A stretch of 53,892 nucleotides of DNA, filler included, from Basidioascus undulatus (taxonomy: Eukaryota), in assembly GCA_000826855.1 (NCBI GenBank). It is 3 parts of 3 records of this genome, joined end to end, with 100 filler letters (N's around TTAATTAATTAA, not from the genome) between each part and the next. Parts side by side here need not be neighbours in the genome. Positions count along the whole stretch, not along the records: positions 36,009 to 53,892 come from JTLS01000504.1; 2 more parts are not named here. One strand, written 5' to 3'. Both the position numbers and the translations under genes were made by a program. This document shows positions 38,640 through 53,892 of this stretch, in pieces (position 1 is the stretch's first letter; each line of letters starts with the position of its first letter). A model generated the notes under the pieces. It searched no databases. It was not told the DNA's origin and saw only the letters and a list, made by a program, of their open reading frames with translations.

Positions 38640-41600
38640 CTACTCAACCAGCGCCGCCACTGCCTCGACAACCTCGTCCGAGCTGGTAACGTGCCACCCG
38701 GCCAGCGTGCGCTTGTTGCTCGGCCCGACGGTCGTGGCAAACACGGCGTCGTGGTGGAGCTCGAGGTGCGCGGGCTCGGCCGTGTCTGAGCCTTCGAACC
38801 CGAGCGGCGGGGCGAGCGTCGGCCCGCTCGCGTGACCCGAGGCGCCGCCGGGGACGGGCGAGGTGGGCGAGGCGACGAAGAGCGCGGAGAGGGAACGGAA
38901 CATGTCCTCGTCCGTCTGTGGGTTTCAATGTCAGTACGATATCTAGAGGGCCTTTGGAATAAGGGATAGCGCACCTTGTCGTCCCCCGCGCAAAAGACGA
39001 ACGACGCGTCGGGGTGCTTGAACAGGATGCGCTTGACAATCTCGCCCTTGTTGACCGCGAGCGGGCGGACCTCGAGGTTCTTTTTACCGACCAGGACTGT
39101 TATCATCCCATTCCACACATACACATCAGCACTCGCACTCCGAATCTAACAAACGCAGAACGCGAACGCACCCTCGATAGGCTTCTTCGGCACGAGGTTG
39201 CTCTCCAGCAGGTCATGGCACTGCTTAGCCTGGAACGAACTGAGCGGCATCAACCCAGGGCCTGTCAGCTTTGTCGGAAAGTGGAAGGAGCCGATGACAG
39301 AGTGCGGCTCACCCGAAGTCCGCGTCGCAGTTCCTGTAGTGCCATGTGACGGACGCCTTCTTGCGCTCGATCTGGCTGCCGGTCGTGCGCTGTTCCGTTC
39401 CGATCCCACATCTCACTCGTCATCAGCCATGCTCTTATCAAAACCCACTTCTCACTGTGCACCCACCTCAGTGTAGTACCTAAAGATGTCGTGCGCGTCC
39501 TCCATCCAGCTCATGTCGAGCTGCTCGGTGAGGTTCCACCAGCTCGTGCTGTGCGGCTCGCGGATGAAGCAGCCGTGCTCCGCGGACAGGCCGAGCGCCT
39601 CGATGTGCCCCAGGTGCTCCTCCAGGAACGCCCCGTCCCGGCCAGACACGATGTAGACGATGTTCTTCGGGTCCGCGGCGAGGATGGGCAGGATCTCCTT
39701 GAGCCTGTTGCCCGGCACCGCGTGCGCGGGGACCTTGACAATCGGCGTGAGCGTGCCCTGCGTGCGTGAATTGGTTTTCCAAGTAAGCATATGTGGGAAG
39801 AAGGGGAATGGAAGGAAAGGGGAAGGGAGAAGGACGCACGTCATAGTCGAATAGCAACAGCCGCTTCTTCGCCGCCGCGTACTTCTCCTTCATGAGCTCG
39901 ATGTCCAGCAGCGGGGTCGCGCGCGCGGTCTGCCCGACGCCGAGGTTGCGCAACAGATCCTTGACGATCGTGTACGCCCACGTGTGCGCAGTGTGCGCCG
40001 TCACGCGCTTGTACAGCGCCGCCTGGCGCTCTTCCTTCTCCGCGTCCGACATCCGCAGCGCCTTGTCGATCGTCCGCGCCGTCCCGGCGATGTCCCACCT
40101 GCAGTCCAGTTCATGCCAGTCAGTCGGCCTGTCTACCGTTTGGCTCAGGGGAAAGATGAGGCAAGACGCACGGGTTCACCCGGACCGTCTCGTTCAGGAT
40201 GCCGGCGATGCCGGTGAACTCGGAGAGGATGAGCGGCGACTTGTACGTCTTGGACTGGCAGAGAATGTCTGCGTCACAAACAAATGTCAGCGTCTCTTCT
40301 TCGGCAGCTGAATCAGAACAGACGCACACTCCAGCGAAGTCGTGTTCATGCCGTCGCGCGTGGCGGTGATGAGGCCGAGGTCGGCGACGGACAGGAGCGC
40401 GTAGTACTCGTCCTTGTCGATCGTCTGGTGGCTGTTTCGCCCGGCCCATCAATTACCATCAGTCGGGCGTCCCAGTCCTGAAAGTCGGAAAGCGACCCAC
40501 TAGTGGTGCACGGGCGTAAAGCCGAGCGAGCCAAACTCGCTGTTGATGTGCGAGACGAGGTCAGAGACCTTGCCCTCGAGCTTGGGGTCCTCGTATAGCG
40601 CAGGCGAGGTGACCTGGATGAGGACGACCTGTATCCGTTGGGCAAGTGCGCTCAACAGTAAGCATCTAGTACCCCAGGACTCTCTCCCCTTCGAGATGCG
40701 GCGACGCACGTTGTTACGCCACTCGGGGAAGTCGGCCAGGAGCTTGTGGAAGGCTTGAAGCTGGAGTACGGGGGAGGTTCCTGTCAGTACGCGATGTTTC
40801 TCGGCGCACGTAGAATTAAGGAGATCCGCTCGCGCACCTTCTGAACGACACCCTTGACAGGGTCGAGCTTGTCGCGCCCAACGATGATCTTCTTGCCCGC
40901 GTACAGCTTGCGGAGCGCCTCAATCTTGGGGACGACGCCTGCCTGATCCCTATTCGGCAGTCCCAACACCTGCATCAGCCACCTGTGCCGGAAAATGAGA
41001 CAGCTTGCTTTGCCCAACGCACCTGTCCGCCTCGACGCGCTTGGCGTCGACGCCGATGGCGCAGTGCGAGATGGCGGTGTTGAAGCCGTTGGCCTCGACT
41101 CCCGTCGGGCTCGACTCGAAGCCGCAGACGCGGATGCAGGAGGAGAGGAAGTGGCGCGAGTAGGAGTATGTCTGCGCGTCGTCAGGGGGAGGGGTGAGCT
41201 TGGACGGAACGAGTGCGGATTCCGCACTGCACAAAGAGACAGGGACCACGCACTTGGAAGCAGACGAGGTTAGAGCCGAGCATGCCCTCGAGGATTTCCC
41301 TGCGCCCTGTGTCCCGCCCAGTCAGATGCATTCCCTTTCCCCAGACAAGAGGTGAGGAGAGGAGGTAGCGCACTCGGCAGGCAGCGGAAGATCTCGGACG
41401 AGGGGAAGGGCGAGTGGAGGAAGAGGCCTACGTATACCTCGGAGATGATGGCGCGGAGAAGCTTGGGGACCAGGAGGAGATGGTAGTCGTGCACGAGCAC
41501 GAGGTCGCCCGGCTTCCAGATCTCGGCGACCTTGCGCGCGTACGCGATGTTCGCCTCGAGGTACGCCTGGTACGTCGCGTCGTCCGACTCGATCTCGGGG

Positions 41601-42547
41601 AAGACCTCCTGCCAGAGGAGGTAGTGGAAGAGCGGCCAGAGCGCTGTGGGGCGGGATGGGTTTTAGCAAGCAGGACTGAGGAGTCGGACAGGGAATGCAG
41701 CGCCTACTCGTCTTGCAGTACCCCTGCCATCCAGACCGCGACGTCAGTGCCTGCATCCCACTCCGGAGCCACTAACTCGCCCACGCACCTCATAATGACC
41801 ATGCGCGACCTTGTCCTCCAGCCACACGGGTGCCCAGCGCATGTCATCCTCCTGCATCTCCTTCTGGGTCCTGAGCTCCTCCTCCAGCGCCGCCTTGTCC
41901 CTCTCCGTCAGACTCCCCGCCTCGATCAACTCTCCCGTCCCGCTGCCAATCCGCAGATCGCCGGGCCACCCGACGGTCGTCTGCCTGAACTGCGCGCCGA
42001 GGCTGCGGATGCCGGCGTTCATGGCCGTGTGGCCGCGGCGGTGAGTAAGGGTCCACTTGGGTGCGCTCCCCGTCGAGTACGTCGAGACGGTCGACAGGCG
42101 GCGGCGGCGTTGGTGCGCGGGCTCGCTGAGGGGCTCGCCCTTGTCCCCACGCTTCTCGAACCCAACCTGCTCGACCTCGGTGAGCACGGGGCGGGGCGGC
42201 GCGGACGTCTCAAGCGCGGAGCCGGACGCGTGCTCGTCGTCCGAGTCGAGGCCGTCGCGCTTGCGCGGGGCGAGCGTGCACACGAAGGGGAGGTAGTGCG
42301 AGACGTGGATAATGTGCCCCGAGAGCTCGATGCCCTGCTGCTTGTACTCGTCCATGAGCGTCGAGATGGAGTGCTTGATCTGCGCGGTCCACCCGCCCCA
42401 CCCAGCGGCATCAGTCCGTCGCTCCCCCGCGGCCCGCCGTGGAGCTTCCCACCGCCGACGCACCTCCTCAAGCGTTTGCTCCGGTCGTCTGAGCTCTGGC
42501 GGCTCGGAAAAGTATTCGATGTTGGAGTGCGCCTCAGGCTCAGACAT
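38640..42547 (-). CDS. TPS2: Trehalose-6-phosphate phosphatase Tps2 (GT20 domain plus HAD phosphatase)
   Basis: LWPLFHY, VHDYHLLLVP, FLHSPFPSSEIFRCLP, GRDKLD and RDGMNTT; intact HAD motifs LFDYDGTLTPIV, VSGRD, LSAEHG, NKGEIV and GDDKTDEDMF. Confidence 0.93.
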
Positions 42548-43410
42548 CGTGTCGGCGGGGGGACGAAGCAAAGTGGTGTCGGGGTTGGAGAGGGTGTGCG
42601 TGGTGGGGAAATGAATGAGGGTGGTTCAGAGGAAGGGGGATCTGCAGGCGCAGAAAACGATGGAGATGGTGGTGGTTCAAGTCCAAGAATCAACCAGAAC
42701 GGAGGGTGGAAGCGAGAGTGAGAGTGAGAGGCCCAGTGCAGGCGGACGGTGCTCGACGTGCACAACTCCACAGCTGTGCGCTGGGGGAAGAGAACGTCAG
42801 GCTGAACTTTCCAAATCCAGGACGACTTTCAGGGCGCAGCAGTCTGGCCTGCGGAGCGCACGGACTGGGGGGGGTCTGCCGCGTGCGGGGTAAACACATA
42901 CAAACATTGCACGTCCATTATATCATAACATCCTCCTCCTTTTCATCCCTGAGAACTCGAGAGCAAATAAATGCAGGTTGTTGCCTTGACGCAGAGCGCT
43001 TGGAGATCCCACTCTTGGCGTCCCAAATACACCCACTTTCTCAGAGCTTGCAAGATCAAGATACAATTTTTTCAGCCTCTTGCCTCTCGATAACGCCGGA
43101 GTAAACAGGAAGGTCCGCCCCACACCCACTCTAGCCTTGATCCACTCCCGATACCGCGGTGGTTTCTACACCTTTCTAGCGCCCTCTTCGCGCTTCAGTA
43201 ACTACACCTTCCAGCACTCCCACACCGCATCTCCGCCAATCACCTCATGTTCCCAAAGTTCAGCAGCAGGCTGGGCAGGGTTCATGCAAGCAGGCACAGG
43301 CGCGGAAAAGCACACGCTGCATGCATCGTCATGACCGTCTTCTCGCTCCTCCCTCGCACGCTTCACCTTCGCCATTGCTGTTCCGCACCCGCCCTCTCAT
43401 CCAAATCTCA

Positions 43411-44748
43411 TCACACCTTCATCGACTTCCCCGAGGGCCACTGCTTGTCCGCTTCTGTGAGGGGAACGTACTGCACCTCCCAACATCGCAGTCAGCGTGC
43501 AACCCGCCAGAACCAAAAAAAGGAAGAGCGCGGAATGATTCCGCCTGCACGCACGCGCACGCCAAACAGCTCTTTCTTGTGCACTTCGCCTTTCTCGTCT
43601 TTGTCGACCTATCCCAAAGGCCATCAGACGATAGTTGGGGGGAAATGAGAATGAGGCAGATGGCGGTGGGTCGGGCGCACCTGCCAGATTGCCTGCCCCA
43701 GCCCGCGCGCGTCTTCGACGGGCACGAACATCCGCCCGGGGGAAGCAAGCTGGTCGATCAAGGGCTGCGGCATCGTGGGCGCGGCGGCGCCGACGTGGAT
43801 CGCTTGATAGGGGCCTGGGGATTCGACAGTAGTGTTCAAAGACTCATCGGAAAGTATCTGGTGTGGCTTGGGGAAGACGTACCACCGGGAGCGTACCCTA
43901 TCGCTTCCCCAAATCACAGTCAGGATTTCTGAGAGGAAAGCAAGTTTGGAAACGCACCCTGTCGCCCGTCCCCAACGACCATCTCCACGCTCCCCTCTTT
44001 CATCGCCCCGCCGAGCCCATCCCGCTCAAGATTCCTCCTGCTGTCCGCAACGAGCTCGGGGATGTGGTCGATCCCCACAACCTTGCCCGTGGGTCCAACG
44101 AGGTGGTGGAAGACGGCGCACGCTGGGGAGTCGGCCCTGATTAGCGAACGCAGCGCTCTGGCGAGGGAGAGGGAGGAAGGGCTAGGCGAATGCGCACAGT
44201 ATCCGGACCCACTGCCTACGTCGAGGACGTGCGACCCTGGCCCAAGGAAAGGGAGAAGGTTCTCCGTTGCGTGTGCGTGCTGTACCGTCTCCCTTTCAGC
44301 ACCCACCTATACGCTCACAGACGCTCCGCAAACGCACCATATGCGGTGCCGAGATCGTCGCTCCATATCCAATCGACCTTCCCCACCCCATTCCCTTCAG
44401 CCAGCCACCTACATAGGTCCAAAGCGCAAATCACGCACTGCGGCGAGTCCTCGTACGCCTCCGCCTTGTTCGGGACGTAGTTGGCGCGGTCGACTTTCTT
44501 CATCGCCTGGTAGATGTTCTGGGGGTTCAAACCCACACAAACTCGAGAAGGTGGGGTTCAAGATGGAGGGGAGTGCACTGCCACACGCACGTCTGCGACT
44601 TTGTCGGACCCGATGAGCGATGAGCGACGGAGGTTGTTGATCAGCTGTCCGTGGCGGCTCGTTACCTCGATTCTACTGAGGAATATGGGGAGAGGGAGAG
44701 AATTTTACGCACCTCCTCATTCGAGGACGCAGAGCAGAGCCAGGCCAT
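43411..44748 (-). CDS. PCM1: Protein-L-isoaspartate O-methyltransferase
   Basis: [28 protein letters not shown]...[15 protein letters not shown]...[38 protein letters not shown]...[20 protein letters not shown]. Confidence 0.95.
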
Positions 44749-46860
44749 TCTGCCGAATGTGCGCCGGAGGGCGTGCGTGTGCGGGAGGATGCGCGGGAGA
44801 GGAATGATGGATGCGATGCAGAGGCCGACGAGCGCGAGCGCGAGGGTGCGGTGGATCGTACTCAGTATGGGCGAGCGGTGTGTGTTCGAAAGTTATAGTT
44901 ATAAATCTGAGTGTGTTTATGTATTTGTGTGCATGTGCAAGGTGGTGGCGTGTGCAGATTGTGGAAGAAGGTGAGATGCACGGCAGAGTGAAGCTTAAAT
45001 ATTCGAAAGAGCTCGAAGGTGACGTCAATTGTTCTTTGGCGATAGCGAGGAGGTGGTGTTGGGAAACAGCGCCTCAGATGTGGAAGACTACTGTATTGAA
45101 AGTTTCTACAAAGGTAGAGGCAATAGAGCAAAAAAGTAAAAAGCGCATGAAAAGCTACCATGGCATTGTCTCACGAGCCCATCGTCGCCGGAGTCAGACG
45201 CGGCAGACGACGCACGATGGCATTACAATGCGCGGAAATGCTTGCTGGCCCAGAAGCTATATACCTTGGAGGAACTATACAATAGCCCCTATGAATGTAC
45301 AACAGGGCAATGGGCAGCCCCCAGGCATCGTGCAGGCTGCAGCTATCTTCCTTTCTCCTCCTCGAGAACCTTCACCGTGCACTTGCGCTCAGGCTCTTCC
45401 ACATCACGGCCGCCATACTGGCTGGAGCTCAGGGCATCCTGAATGCAGGATCATTAGTTGTCATTGGTATACCCTCAACACTGACGAAGGAACCTGCGGT
45501 GCTCCGCTCATCGTGGGAAGCGGGCCCACCTTTACAGCTGTTGCAGTGCGCAGTGCCTGGCCCAAGGCGAAAGTACAGCTAACTAGTCAGTGCATCCATC
45601 CACTTATCCTCGATTTAACCTAGCGAGGAATACGCTACTCTTGCCAACCCAAGCTGAGCATCCTCCGCCGTACCTCCTCAAATCGGCCTGAACTCCCAAG
45701 CGCATACGGGCCATCCTCTAGATTACCGCATGTACCTTTTCTGTGTAGACCTTTCAGTGCTATCTCCTCGGGCTGTCTGGTCTACTGAGGAAGACTCATG
45801 CACAAGCAGCCCTCCGTTGATCGTCCTAAAGACTCCCTCCGAGAGGGCAACCTCACCCTCACATCTTCATCGCCAACGTCCGTACCCCCCCCGGCACCTG
45901 TTCTGATTCCTTGGGGATGCCTTGTCCCAAATCTGTGCAGTTCATATTCTCCCCGTCTCCGCCGCTGTCGCGCCCTTCCCATATTCCGTTCCGGATCCGG
46001 CGTCGTTTCCGCGTGCAGGGAGTGGAGTGAGTTAGGAAGATTCGCAGGCGGACCCAGTAGTGGGTCGCGAATACGTTCGGGTGTGTTCCAGAAGCAATAA
46101 TTTAGAGATATCGCCTCAGCAATACCAAAAAGACAAAGCGGCATAGTGCTGCGAAGTGCACCAAGTTTCTCGACCTCCGCGTGCGAGTTCGTGGCTCAAA
46201 GTCGGTGGCTAACTCTTCATGCCGATACGGTCTGAGCCAGAATATCAGGGTCATATTGGAAAGCCTTGATACAGAATCCCAATGCGTTTGTATTCAAAGG
46301 GAAATGCCCAAGAACAGCAAGCAGCAGAAGTCTCGCAGCCTTGCGCAGCCTCGCTTCGGACCGGCGCTCGGTCAATTCGGTTGATTTCGTCGGGCCCGGG
46401 TTGTGCTCCGCCGAGTCTTTGCTTCCGCAAACTCCGAGCCAGCTTTCGCATTGACATTGGCTGACGCTGCCGCATGGCTCATCCAGCTCTCTTATCTTTC
46501 AGAAGGGTTCATGATCACCTGCCATACAGCTTGGGGGGTTCTGCGAAGAGTTTTTTGCCATAAAAGTTGCATGGTCAAGTCATAACGGTCCACATAGCGG
46601 TCTGCTTGATCAGCAACTGTAAAATGCCGAATTGCCGTCAGGGCAAAGCCGCGTGTGCCGCGGGAGGACTGTCGATCTCGACCTTGCGTTGAAATGATGC
46701 ATCTTCCCAGCCCACGCGGGCGCTACTTCCTGCCGTATTTCTCCTCTCACCAACGACCATCACCAAGCTCACGCCTAGGAGCAACCATCATCATCCCCAT
46801 ACTAATCCAGGAGACCGCATTCTCTAGCACGCCGCGGTGTCCCAAGGCAACTGGGATTGC

Positions 46861-53892
<7,032 letters not shown>

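Noticed and set aside
42600..42900. STRE-like AGGGG and partial heat-shock-element motifs upstream of TPS2
   Set aside because: Too short to distinguish from chance in G-rich sequence.
44811..45623. 270-aa plus-strand ORF
   Set aside because: No codon bias or recognisable motif, and it overlaps the PCM1 promoter; likely a chance ORF.

Overview
GC-rich, intron-dense fungal genomic DNA. The gene set and GTGCGT/GTACGT-type splice donors suggest a basidiomycete, probably Pucciniomycotina-like. The window is not one locus: three contigs of 17,912, 17,896 and 17,884 bp are joined by identical 100-bp N44-TTAATTAATTAA-N44 spacers, so nothing across the spacers is linked. Contig 1 holds a tRNA-Arg-like gene whose 3' half lies upstream of its 5' half, a frameshifted FAD-oxidoreductase pseudogene, RRP5, a DUF1275 membrane protein, RRP40, a DUF5321-like protein, an old yellow enzyme and a truncated Ser/Pro-rich gene. 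Contig 2 holds a hydrolase-like 5' fragment, a free-standing DUF2156 aminoacyl-tRNA transferase, an internally deleted ZNFX1-like pseudogene, EAF6 and a group X hybrid histidine kinase. Contig 3 holds a VARP/VPS9-like 5' part, TPS2, protein-L-isoaspartate methyltransferase and a YOR1-like ABCC transporter. The most notable signal is the candidate circularly permuted tRNA gene at 1-80 (minus strand), a gene architecture I know only from algae, nucleomorphs and an archaeon. It sits at a contig edge and needs read-level confirmation. All calls come from reading the sequence and recalled family motifs; no searches were run, and exon boundaries are approximate.
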